Shown one piece after another: positions 26,585-35,614 of a stretch of DNA of 64,000 bases (position 1 is its first letter; every line of letters begins with the position of its first letter). Source of the DNA: Clostridiaceae bacterium (GTDB taxonomy: Bacteria; Bacillota; Clostridia; Saccharofermentanales; DTU023); the NCBI GenBank assembly GCA_012518795.1, contig JAAYRL010000029.1, forward strand, positions 20,607-84,606, written 5' to 3'. A program made the translations under genes and the position numbers. The notes under the pieces are model-generated. The model saw only the letters and a list, made by a program, of their open reading frames with translations, was not told the DNA's origin and did not search any database.

Positions 26585-27855
26585 TGATTGAATTAAAACC
26601 GATTTACAACTGTGAAGATTTTAAGTCAGTATTCAGCGATGCTACGTCTGAAACTAATCTTGAGCAAACTGAACAAGTAATGCAAATTTTACAAACTGTC
26701 CGCAAGAATAAAGACCGGGCTTTACGTGAATATACAGCTAAGTTTGATCAGCAAGAGATTACGGATTTCAAGGTTCCTGCCGAGTTTTTAAAAGCAAGTT
26801 ACGAATCTTTGGAACCGGATTTACAAAATGCTTTGCAATTTATTAAACAGCGAATCGAATCCTATGAAATTCAGATTAAACATCAAGACCTTGATTTGGG
26901 TGAATTCCAATATGTTTATCATCCTTTAGAAAAAGTAGGTTTTTATGTTCCGGGCGGGCAAGCTCTCTATCCTTCTTCAGTTTTAATGAGTATTATCGCT
27001 GCCAAAGTTGCAGATGTTGCGGAAATTCATGTAGTTACCCCGACCTACACTGAAAACAACATTACCTTTGCAACTTTATTTGTTTGCGGTGTAGAAAATG
27101 TATATACAGTTGGTGGAGCACAGGCAATTGCTGCTTTAGCCTATGGTACGGAAACAATTCCGAAAGTTGATAAAATTGTTGGCCCCGGCAACAGTTTTGT
27201 GGCTAATGCAAAACGTTTGGTTTTCGGTGAAGTAGGTATTGATATGATAGCAGGACCTAGTGAAATATTGGTTTATATCGATCAATCAGCCAATCCGGAT
27301 GCAGTGGTTTTGGATTTATTTGCTCAAGCCGAGCACGATCCGGAAGCTAGAACTTTCCTGACAGCTGAGTCGTCAGATTTGTTGGAAACAGTTCGCTTAA
27401 AAGTTCTGGAAGCTTTACCTTCACAAGTCAGATCTGAAATCATAGCTAAATCTTTGCAAAACAATCATTATTCGATAGTCGGCAACAGAGAAGATTTGAT
27501 CAATATTATCAACTATATTGCACCGGAACACGTTTCAATTCAGCATCAAGCTGCGTCAGAGATCATTCCTCAAATCAAATATGCCGGAGCGGTTTTCCAA
27601 GGTAATTTTTCACCGGAAGCCGTTGGCGATTATGTAGCAGGTCCGTCACATGTTTTGCCGACAAATAGAAGTGCAAGATTCAGTCACGGCTTAAATGTCA
27701 ATGATTTTTTAACCAGTCATGCTATTATCAATATCAAGCAAGATACTTTTCAGAAAATTGTCGATCCCGCGATCGAAATTGCTCAAGCTGAAGGATTATT
27801 CTGTCATGCAGAAAGTTTAAAAATTCGTAAAGACGAATTAGAGAATAACAAGTGA
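26584..27855 (+). CDS. hisD: Histidinol dehydrogenase
   Basis: 423 aa. GPGNSFVANAKR, IDMIAGPSE, QAEHD, EHV blocks. Confidence 0.9.
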   Translation: MIELKPIYNCEDFKSVFSDATSETNLEQTEQVMQILQTVRKNKDRALREYTAKFDQQEITDFKVPAEFLKASYESLEPDLQNALQFIKQRIESYEIQIKHQDLDLGEFQYVYHPLEKVGFYVPGGQALYPSSVLMSIIAAKVADVAEIHVVTPTYTENNITFATLFVCGVENVYTVGGAQAIAALAYGTETIPKVDKIVGPGNSFVANAKRLVFGEVGIDMIAGPSEILVYIDQSANPDAVVLDLFAQAEHDPEARTFLTAESSDLLETVRLKVLEALPSQVRSEIIAKSLQNNHYSIVGNREDLINIINYIAPEHVSIQHQAASEIIPQIKYAGAVFQGNFSPEAVGDYVAGPSHVLPTNRSARFSHGLNVNDFLTSHAIINIKQDTFQKIVDPAIEIAQAEGLFCHAESLKIRKDELENNK

Positions 27856-27969
27856 TTTCAATCTGAGTTTAATTTACAATTAATATTCAGATTCGTATTG
27901 ACGAATTGTTTTGCTTTGTTGACAATCAAATATTAGATATTTAAAGATAACTGAACATTGGAGAAAAAT

Positions 27970-28953
27970 ATGATCATAATGAATCGCAATACCAGTCCGC
28001 TCAAACCGTTAAGTGAAGAACAAATTATCAAAGTTGTTCAAAACACAAATTATAATCAATATCCGGATCAAGAGAGACAACGCTTTATTGACATTTATGC
28101 CAAAGCTTATGATTTGAATCCGGCCGAAATTGAAGTAGCAAACGGTTCGGACGAGTGGATTCAGAAAGTAATTATGACTCTTGGTCAGAACGGTGTCATG
28201 ACTTTGAATCCGGATTTTGTGATGTACAAAGTATATACGGAACAAGTTTTGCCGGAGATGTTGACTGTTGACTGTGAATCAGATTTTTCTTTTGATTTTG
28301 TTAAAGTTGTGCAAGCGATTAAAGAGCAGAAACCGTCTTTGTTCCTTATTTCCAATCCGCATAATCCGACAGGGGTAATGTTCAAAACAGAAGAATTGCA
28401 GCTTCTGGCAGATACAATGGCTGAAGTCGATGGTTATTTAGTTTTGGATGAATGTTACATAGATTTTGCTGTAGATTACGAAAGACCGCAAGGTGATAAC
28501 ATCGTTCTCTTGCGAACTTTAAGTAAAGTATATGGTATGGCGGGCTTAAGAATTGGCTTGGCAATTGCACAAGGTGATACCTTTATCAGAATTAACAGCA
28601 TTAATCATCCTTATCCCTTAAACTCTTTATCTCTGAATTTGGCGAGTGAATTATTTTCTGATCAAGAAAAATTAGCTGAGTATAAGAATTATCAATTTGA
28701 AAGCAAAAGACAATTGGAGAAAGCTTTGGCTCAAGTTGAGGATTTGATAACAATCAAGCCTTCGCTTGCTAATTATATTTTTACTTACGGTGATTTTGCC
28801 GTTGACTTGGCAGAGTTTTTAATTGGAAAAGGATTTTTACCTCGAACATATGATACCCCGATTCTGAAAAATACAGCACGTTATTCAATCATCAGACTCG
28901 ATGATTATCCGGCATTAAATCAAGCAATTATCGAATGGAAAGATAAACACTGA
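27970..28953 (+). CDS. hisC: Histidinol-phosphate aminotransferase
   Basis: NPHNPTG and LRTLSKVYGMAGLRIG (PLP lysine). The ATG at 27970 is preferred (GGAG 6 nt upstream) over the listed TTG at 27958. Confidence 0.85.
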   Translation: MIIMNRNTSPLKPLSEEQIIKVVQNTNYNQYPDQERQRFIDIYAKAYDLNPAEIEVANGSDEWIQKVIMTLGQNGVMTLNPDFVMYKVYTEQVLPEMLTVDCESDFSFDFVKVVQAIKEQKPSLFLISNPHNPTGVMFKTEELQLLADTMAEVDGYLVLDECYIDFAVDYERPQGDNIVLLRTLSKVYGMAGLRIGLAIAQGDTFIRINSINHPYPLNSLSLNLASELFSDQEKLAEYKNYQFESKRQLEKALAQVEDLITIKPSLANYIFTYGDFAVDLAEFLIGKGFLPRTYDTPILKNTARYSIIRLDDYPALNQAIIEWKDKH

Positions 28954-29067
28954 TACAAATCAATACGAAAAAACAATGCAATAAAGTAATATGAAAGAAC
29001 AATGAATAAGTAATTTTAAAAGAAGATTGAAATAAACCAATATGAAAATATGAAATGGAGATGCAAT

Positions 29068-29646
29068 ATGTTAAGTAAAAAACGCTCGACTTTAGAAACC
29101 AAAATAGAAGTAAGTTTAGCAGAAGATCGATTGGCAACTGAATCAAAAATAAATACCGGAATCGGTTTTTTTGATCATATGCTGACTTTGTTCAGCTTTC
29201 ACTCGAATTTATATTTGGAAGTAGTTGCCGATGGTGATTTGCAAGTCGATTTTCATCACACAGTGGAAGATATCGGAATTGTTCTGGGTCAACTGATCCG
29301 AGATCTTTATACTGCAAAAAAATCTTATCAAAGATACGGTTTCTTTTACTTACCGATGGATGAGTCATTGGCAAGAGTTGTTCTGGATTTATCCGGCAGA
29401 CCGCATTTGAATTTCCAAGCAGATTTCTCTCAAGCAAAAGTTGGAGATTTTGACGTTGAATTAGTTGAGGAATTTTTTAATGCAGTTGCGATGAACAGTC
29501 GAATGACTTTGCATATAGATTTGCTGAAAAAGGGCAATACACATCATGAAATAGAGGCGATTTTCAAAGCTTTTGCCCGGAGTTTAAGAATTGCTTTAAG
29601 CGAAACGGATGGCGGAGTCCCATCATCCAAAGGACTGATTGAATAA
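29068..29646 (+). CDS. hisB: Imidazoleglycerol-phosphate dehydratase
   Basis: TLETKIEVSL, GIGFFDHML, HHTVEDIGI, HHEIEAIFKAFARSL. The ATG at 29068 has GGAG 7 nt upstream. Confidence 0.9.
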   Translation: MLSKKRSTLETKIEVSLAEDRLATESKINTGIGFFDHMLTLFSFHSNLYLEVVADGDLQVDFHHTVEDIGIVLGQLIRDLYTAKKSYQRYGFFYLPMDESLARVVLDLSGRPHLNFQADFSQAKVGDFDVELVEEFFNAVAMNSRMTLHIDLLKKGNTHHEIEAIFKAFARSLRIALSETDGGVPSSKGLIE

Positions 29647-29689
29647 TTTTTGATTTGTATTATTTCTAATAGAATGTGAAAGGTTTTTA

Positions 29690-30394
29690 ATGATAAAAAT
29701 TATTCCTGCTATAGATTTGATTGATGGTCAAAATGTGCGTCTGAGGCAAGGCGATTATCAACAAAAATCTTTGATGCAACGTACACCTCAAGAGGCAATT
29801 GAGTTTTATGGCAAATTTCAACAAGTTGCCAGAATTCATATTATTGATTTGATCGGAGCAAAAGCAAGAGAAACGAAAGAAATGCAATTGATTTCCGAGT
29901 TGAAAACCTTAACCGATTTGCCTTTGCAAATTGGTGGCGGGTTGCGTGATGCAAAATCCATTGCCAATTATGCCAAACAAGGCATCGATTATTTTATTCT
30001 CGGAACCAGAGCGATCATGGATATAGAATGGCTGCAAGAAATGACCGCCCTTTATCCTGAAAGGATTTTTGTCGGTTTAGATGCGAGAATTGATCAAATA
30101 TTTATCAACGGTTGGACTGAAGATAGTGGAATGACTGTTGATCAATATTTACCTCTAATTGAGAATCTTTCTTTAGCCGGTATCATTTATACGGATATTA
30201 ATAAAGACGGTATGGATCAAGGTCCGAATTTTACGAATACTGCGAGAATTAATAGATTGACACGTCACAAAGTCATTGCAAGTGGCGGTGTACGTAGCAA
30301 AGAAGATCTTGACCGATTATTTGAACTGGGCATAACGGAAGCTGTTGTCGGTAAAGCAGGCCACAAACCGAATTTTTGGGATAATATTATTTAG
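29690..30394 (+). CDS. hisA: ProFAR isomerase (HisA)
   Basis: 234 aa. IIPAIDLIDGQNVRL, GGGLRD, ASGGV. Confidence 0.9.
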   Translation: MIKIIPAIDLIDGQNVRLRQGDYQQKSLMQRTPQEAIEFYGKFQQVARIHIIDLIGAKARETKEMQLISELKTLTDLPLQIGGGLRDAKSIANYAKQGIDYFILGTRAIMDIEWLQEMTALYPERIFVGLDARIDQIFINGWTEDSGMTVDQYLPLIENLSLAGIIYTDINKDGMDQGPNFTNTARINRLTRHKVIASGGVRSKEDLDRLFELGITEAVVGKAGHKPNFWDNII

Positions 30395-30413
30395 GAATAA
30401 TCCGGAGATTTAT

Positions 30414-30467
30414 AGAGATAGTAGAGATAGTATAGATGGTATAGATGGTATAGATGGTAGAGATGGT
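30414..30467 (+). repeat. 9-bp tandem repeat x6 (AGAGATAGT x2, ATAGATGGT x3, AGAGATGGT) in the hisA-hisF spacer
   Basis: Read directly from the sequence. The period is exactly 9. The repeat is in frame with hisF and has no stop between 30345 and 30498. Confidence 0.9.
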
Positions 30468-30497
30468 AGAAGACAAGAGAGTAATAAAGATAATAGT

Positions 30498-31286
30498 ATG
30501 AAAATTGAAAATAATATTCGGAAAATAATCCCCTGTTTGGATTTAAAAGAAGGCAAAGTAGTCAAAGGTACAAATTTTGTCGGCCTAAGAGAAATGGGTG
30601 ACCCTTTGACAATGGCAAAGCATTATTGCACAACCGGTGCAGATGAATTGGCGATATTGGACATTTCAAAAACTCAAACCGGCGCAGATTTCAATGTTGA
30701 TCTGATTAATCAAATTTCTTGCTCAATTGATATTCCGTTGATTGTTGGTGGCGGTATTGCATCTTTGGCAGATATTGCGAGAATTCTTCAGGCAGGTGCA
30801 GATAAAGTAAGTATTGCCAGTGCAGCTTTGAGCAAACCGTTTTTTATTAAAGAAGCTGCTTTGAAATTCGGCTCGGAAAAAATAATTATTGCTTTTGATA
30901 TTCAACTGGAAACTGAATCCGGCAAGTATTATCTTTTTACTCATGGTGGAACAAAAAAATCGGATTGGGAAGTGTTCTATGCCTTAGAGAAATTCACCAA
31001 ACTCGGTGCAGGTGAATTCTTAATCACGGGAATTGATTTTGATGGTGCAAAACAAGGATTTGATTTAGAGTTTTTTAAAGAAGCAGAAAAATATACTGAT
31101 AAACCGATAATTGCAAGTGGTGGTGCCGGCAAAATAGAGGATTTTATTGAATTGTTCAAACAGACATCTGTAAAATCCGGTTTGGCTGCATCAATTTTCC
31201 ATCAAAATGAAGTTGAAATAGCGGAATTGAAAAAGGCTCTTGCGGAAGCAGGAATTAAAGTAAACAAGAAAAGAAATGAGATTTGA
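30498..31286 (+). CDS. hisF: Imidazole glycerol phosphate synthase cyclase subunit (HisF)
   Basis: From MKIENNIRKIIPCLDLKEGKVVKG the protein aligns with HisF N-termini. I chose the ATG at 30498 over the listed 30345, which lies inside hisA. No strong SD is present. Confidence 0.85.
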   Translation: MKIENNIRKIIPCLDLKEGKVVKGTNFVGLREMGDPLTMAKHYCTTGADELAILDISKTQTGADFNVDLINQISCSIDIPLIVGGGIASLADIARILQAGADKVSIASAALSKPFFIKEAALKFGSEKIIIAFDIQLETESGKYYLFTHGGTKKSDWEVFYALEKFTKLGAGEFLITGIDFDGAKQGFDLEFFKEAEKYTDKPIIASGGAGKIEDFIELFKQTSVKSGLAASIFHQNEVEIAELKKALAEAGIKVNKKRNEI

Positions 31287-31914
31287 AAAAATGCAACCTG
31301 ATTTTTCGAAAAATAACGGCTTACTTTCAGTAATTCTACAAGATTATGATACCGGTCAAGTCCTGATGAACGGTTTTATGAACGAGGAGGCCTACAACTT
31401 AACGGTACGGGATCAAATAGTTTGGTTTTATTCAAGAACACGCCAGGAGTTGTGGAAAAAGGGCGAAACCAGCGGAAATTTTCAGCATGTAATCAGCATG
31501 TGTCTTGATTGTGATCAGGATGCTTTATTAATAAGGGTTAAACCTGACGGGCCGACTTGTCATTTGGGAAATATAAGTTGTTTTGATGATTATTATTTCA
31601 CTTTGGAAGTTTTGGAAAAAACGATTCAAGATCGGATGGAAAATCCGCGAGAAGGTTCTTATACGAAATATTTGATTGAACAGGGTATTGATAAAATTCT
31701 CAAAAAAACCAGTGAGGAAATGACGGAAACGGTAATTGCCGTTAAAAACAAAGATCAAAAAGAAATCATTAATGAAGCCAGCGATTTACTCTATCATTTG
31801 ATTTTACTGCTTAATCAAAGCGGCGTGACTTTAGCGGATATCAAAGATAATCTGGCTGAGCGACATGGTCTTAAACAAAAATATAAACAACGTAAAGATA
31901 TTAAAGAATGGTAA
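31276..31914 (+). CDS. hisI: Bifunctional phosphoribosyl-AMP cyclohydrolase / phosphoribosyl-ATP pyrophosphatase (HisIE)
   Basis: 212 aa. Cyclohydrolase half (ETSGNFQ, CDQDALL, CH.G) followed by the PRA-PH half (EEMTETVIA, ASDLLYHL). Confidence 0.9.
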   Translation: MRFEKMQPDFSKNNGLLSVILQDYDTGQVLMNGFMNEEAYNLTVRDQIVWFYSRTRQELWKKGETSGNFQHVISMCLDCDQDALLIRVKPDGPTCHLGNISCFDDYYFTLEVLEKTIQDRMENPREGSYTKYLIEQGIDKILKKTSEEMTETVIAVKNKDQKEIINEASDLLYHLILLLNQSGVTLADIKDNLAERHGLKQKYKQRKDIKEW

Positions 31915-32104
31915 TAATAGATAGAATATAAGCTGTAGTCGCCTCATCGCAAGTGGAAAAAGAAATCGAACAATGGTAATAATAGATGAATGTAAACTGA
32001 GTAAACAATCAGACTTTTGTTTGATAAAACAACGGTAAATCAGGCTAGCAAATAAATATTTATAAATAAAATTTGAAATGACAATAGAAACAGGAGAAAT
32101 TGTA

Positions 32105-32746
32105 ATGAATGATCAATCTTTATTCTTGAGTGTGCTCAATCGTGGTAAGGCAGAACAGGTTTTGAGCGAAATGAGAATCTTGGGTTTGACGGGCGGTGTA
32201 GTTTTGCTCGGCGAGGGAACTGTTTCCAATAAATTCTTGGAAATTCTCGGTCTGGAGGAAACCCAAAAAGAAGTCATATTTTTACCGATTGAATCAAGAT
32301 TTGAAGATGCTATTCATGAGATGATGCTTGAAAGTTTCAATATAAAGCGTAAAAGGCAAGGAATTGCTTTTTCGATTCCGATCAGTCGTTTCGGTCATTC
32401 GAGTAATCTTTCAGAAAATGAAAGATTTGATCCGCAGTGTTTTGATCATCAATGTATTTTTGTAGTAGTTAATGAAGGAAAAGGCAGAGAAGTTATGCGC
32501 AATGTTCGTCGAATTGGAGAAGTAGGCGGTACGATTATCCATGGACGTGGTGCGGGTGTTCCGGCCGAGTCATTTTTCCCGATCAACATAGAACCGCAAA
32601 AAGACATAGTTATGCTTTTGGTTAAGAATGAAGCGGTTGAACCGATCAAAGAATGCTTAATAACTGAAATGGATTTAGACCAACCGAGCAAAGGAATTAT
32701 TTTTGTATTACCAGTTTCACGTATTACAGGTGCTTATCAAGCATAG
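32105..32746 (+). CDS. Tandem PII-like (two PII-fold domains) soluble protein
   Basis: About 213 aa from the ATG at 32105 (GGAG 8 nt upstream). Two ~95-aa paralogous halves each follow a PII-like pattern: LTGGVVLLGEGT...GIAFSIPISRF and VGGTIIHGRGAG...GIIFVLPVSRI. Confidence 0.6.
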   Translation: MNDQSLFLSVLNRGKAEQVLSEMRILGLTGGVVLLGEGTVSNKFLEILGLEETQKEVIFLPIESRFEDAIHEMMLESFNIKRKRQGIAFSIPISRFGHSSNLSENERFDPQCFDHQCIFVVVNEGKGREVMRNVRRIGEVGGTIIHGRGAGVPAESFFPINIEPQKDIVMLLVKNEAVEPIKECLITEMDLDQPSKGIIFVLPVSRITGAYQA

Positions 32747-32755
32747 GAGGCTTAC

Positions 32756-34627
32756 ATGAATATATTACAATCAAAAACTAAAGAGGTTTCTCAATCTCTT
32801 ATACCGATCGTAATTTTTGTAGCGATCTTGGGCTTGATATTTATTCGGATCGATATTCCGGTTGTACAAAGATTTTTTGTTGGTGCTTTTTTGGTTTTTG
32901 CCGGACTTTCGATTTTTCTCTGGGGTGTAGATCAGAGTATGGAGCCTATCGGCTACCATATGGCACATGAAATAGCGACAAGCAAAAGTTTAATTAAGAC
33001 GATTCTGCTCAGTTTTGCTCTTGGATTTTTAATCACGATTGCTGAACCTGATATTTTAATTCTTGGAGATCAAGTTGAGAGTGCTTCCGGTGGAACCCTG
33101 GATGCCGGTTTCTTAGTAACAATGATTTCAGTAGGTGTCGGTGTACTTATTTCAATTGCTTCAATCAGAATTCTCAGTAATTTTAAATATAATGTGATGA
33201 TGACCTTGGTATATCTGGTAATCTTGGTTTTAGGAACTCAGGTTTCCGAAGAATTTTTGGCTATTTCATTCGATGCCTCAGGAGCAACAACCGGTGCTTT
33301 GACTACGCCGTTTGTTCTGGCAATTTCAATCGGTTTGTCGCGGACGAAAGGCGGGAAAACGGCGGAAGAAGACTCTTTCGGTATGGTAGGTGCAATGAGT
33401 GCCGGACCGATTTTGGCAGTAATGCTAATTTCAGTTCTTACCGGACAACAAAACATTCATGGCGAAACAGCAGAATTTGTTACTTCAACTGAGGTGTGGT
33501 CTCCGATTTTCTCAGCTATGCAACACACTTTTCTTGAATCAATTAAAGCTTTAGCCCCGATTGCAGGTTTATTCTTTGTCTTCAACTTTTTCAAATTTAA
33601 AGTAGAACGTAAAGAAATGATCAGAATTGTTCGCGGTTTAATTTATACAATTCTCGGTTTGACTTTGTTCTTGGTTGGCGCGAATGAAGGATTTATGGAT
33701 ATGGGGCGTATCCTGGGGATGAGGCTTGCGGATAGATATTTTGGCATGCTCCCTATCTTCGGACTTTTATTAGGTATGATGGTTGTACTGGCCGAACCGG
33801 CCGTTCATGTTCTGGGAGAACAAGTTGAGGATGTTACTGCAGGTAATATACCGGTGACAGTTTTGAAAAGCACACTCTCAATAGGAGTTGGAATGGCAAT
33901 TGCTTTATCTATGATCAAAATTATGTCACCGCAAGTTCAACTATGGTACTTTTTGTTACCCGGTTTTGCCATAGCGATTGCACTGTCATATTTTGTTGAT
34001 CCGATCTTTGTAGGTATTGCATTTGATGCCGGCGGAGTAGCATCAGGTCCGATGAGTGCAACCTTTGTTTTGGCATTTGCTCAAGGTGTAGCTGACAGTA
34101 TACCTACAGCCGATGTTTTGCGTGATGGATTCGGTATTATTGCGATGATTGCGATGACGCCGGTTTTAAGCATTATGATTTTGGGTTCGATAAATAAAAT
34201 TCAAACTATGCGTTCAAAGGATCTTCCGCAAGACATTGCTCCGGTTGCCCAAAAGGAAATTTGTGCAGTTAACTCAGATCAAATTATAGGAGAGCAAAAA
34301 GATTTAATTTTTTGTGTTATAGAGCGAGGCTACGCTGAAGATGTGATCAGTTTAGCAAGATCTGCCGGTTCCACCGGTGCGACAATCCTGCATGGTCGTG
34401 ATGCAAGAGCAGGAACCTGGCTCAGCAAATCAATGCGACTTGAACCGGAAAAAGAAGTGCTTTGGTTTTTAGTTGATGCAAATATTACATCAAAAGTCAG
34501 TCAAACTTTGTTAGATGCTTTAAATGAACAAAACAGCCATATTGTCTCAATTTTTGCTTTGCCTGTAACTGACTCTTACGGACTTACTGCCAATGAAAGT
34601 GTGTTTAAAATTACGGAAAAAATATAA
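32756..34627 (+). CDS. Polytopic membrane protein with internal duplication (DUF1538-like x2) fused to a C-terminal PII-like domain
   Basis: 623 aa. Two homologous membrane halves share the block (L/V)AEP(D/A)..(I/V)LG(D/E)QVE. The C-terminal ~100 aa (STGATILHGRDAR...VSIFALPVTDSYG) is paralogous to the domains of the upstream gene. Confidence 0.6.
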   Translation: MNILQSKTKEVSQSLIPIVIFVAILGLIFIRIDIPVVQRFFVGAFLVFAGLSIFLWGVDQSMEPIGYHMAHEIATSKSLIKTILLSFALGFLITIAEPDILILGDQVESASGGTLDAGFLVTMISVGVGVLISIASIRILSNFKYNVMMTLVYLVILVLGTQVSEEFLAISFDASGATTGALTTPFVLAISIGLSRTKGGKTAEEDSFGMVGAMSAGPILAVMLISVLTGQQNIHGETAEFVTSTEVWSPIFSAMQHTFLESIKALAPIAGLFFVFNFFKFKVERKEMIRIVRGLIYTILGLTLFLVGANEGFMDMGRILGMRLADRYFGMLPIFGLLLGMMVVLAEPAVHVLGEQVEDVTAGNIPVTVLKSTLSIGVGMAIALSMIKIMSPQVQLWYFLLPGFAIAIALSYFVDPIFVGIAFDAGGVASGPMSATFVLAFAQGVADSIPTADVLRDGFGIIAMIAMTPVLSIMILGSINKIQTMRSKDLPQDIAPVAQKEICAVNSDQIIGEQKDLIFCVIERGYAEDVISLARSAGSTGATILHGRDARAGTWLSKSMRLEPEKEVLWFLVDANITSKVSQTLLDALNEQNSHIVSIFALPVTDSYGLTANESVFKITEKI

Positions 34628-34642
34628 TTATAGAGACAAAGA

Positions 34643-35614
34643 ATGACGATACAAGAGCAAAATCAAAATGAAATAAATAAAATACAGTTTTTTGAAAAAA
34701 AGAGTGTTTGGCTAACAGCAACTTATATTTGCATCATTCTCTGGGGTAGTGCTTTTCCGGCGATAAAGACCGGCTATAATTTATTTCAAATCGACAATGC
34801 TGCAGCGGATGCCGTACCGTCTTTACTTTTATTTGCCGGTCTTAGGTTTTTTCTGGCAGGCTTATTAATGATTTCGTTCACCGCAATCACTGAAAAAATC
34901 AGCCCGTTTCCGCAAAATAAAGTACAATGGCGTGATTCTTTAATTCTTGCTATACCACAAACAATTTTGCAATACGGTTTTTTCTTTGTTGGTCTTGCTA
35001 ATACTTCCGGAGCGATCGGCTCGATTATGGCTTCAACATCTTCATTTATGTCAGTTATTCTGGCAAGTTTGGTATTTGTTGATGAAAGACTGAATTTTTC
35101 AAAAATAATCGGTTGTATTATCGGTTTTATCGGCGTGATTGTTCTAAATATCAACAGAGATACTACATTGGGCTTTAATTGGCTGGGTGACGGTTTGATG
35201 TTGCTTTCAGCACTTGCAACGGCAATCGGGACATTGATCAATAAGATGTTTGTAAACCGTAATCATCCACGCTTATTGAGTGGCTGGAATTTCATTTTTG
35301 GCAGTTCAGTTTTAATTCTTACCGGTTTAAGTCTTGGCGGTTCCTTGTATCCGCGTGACAATACTGCCTGGCTGATATTGATTTATTTGAGTGCTTTAAG
35401 TGCAATTGCTTTCGCATTATGGTCAACAATGTTAAAATATCATTCTGTTTCAAAATTGAGTATGTTTAAGAGTTTGATTCCAATAGTAGGAACGATCGGT
35501 TCAGCCATATTTTTGAAAGAAAATATTTTGCAAATAAACTTAATAGTCGCATTGCTATTAGTAGTGGCGGGAATCGGTTTAGTAAATTATAATAAAAGTG
35601 GAGATGAAAAATGA
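34643..35614 (+). CDS. DMT-superfamily (EamA-type) transporter
   Basis: 323 aa. About 10 TM helices in two EamA-like halves. Its stop overlaps the start of the aspartokinase gene (ATGA). Confidence 0.75.
   Translation: MTIQEQNQNEINKIQFFEKKSVWLTATYICIILWGSAFPAIKTGYNLFQIDNAAADAVPSLLLFAGLRFFLAGLLMISFTAITEKISPFPQNKVQWRDSLILAIPQTILQYGFFFVGLANTSGAIGSIMASTSSFMSVILASLVFVDERLNFSKIIGCIIGFIGVIVLNINRDTTLGFNWLGDGLMLLSALATAIGTLINKMFVNRNHPRLLSGWNFIFGSSVLILTGLSLGGSLYPRDNTAWLILIYLSALSAIAFALWSTMLKYHSVSKLSMFKSLIPIVGTIGSAIFLKENILQINLIVALLLVVAGIGLVNYNKSGDEK

Noticed and set aside
30345-30497. Long N-terminal extension of HisF starting inside hisA
   Set aside because: The listed ORF start overlaps hisA by 50 nt, and the extra 51 aa are the translated 9-bp repeat. 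HisF homology begins at the Met at 30498. It is kept as an open question in the findings only.
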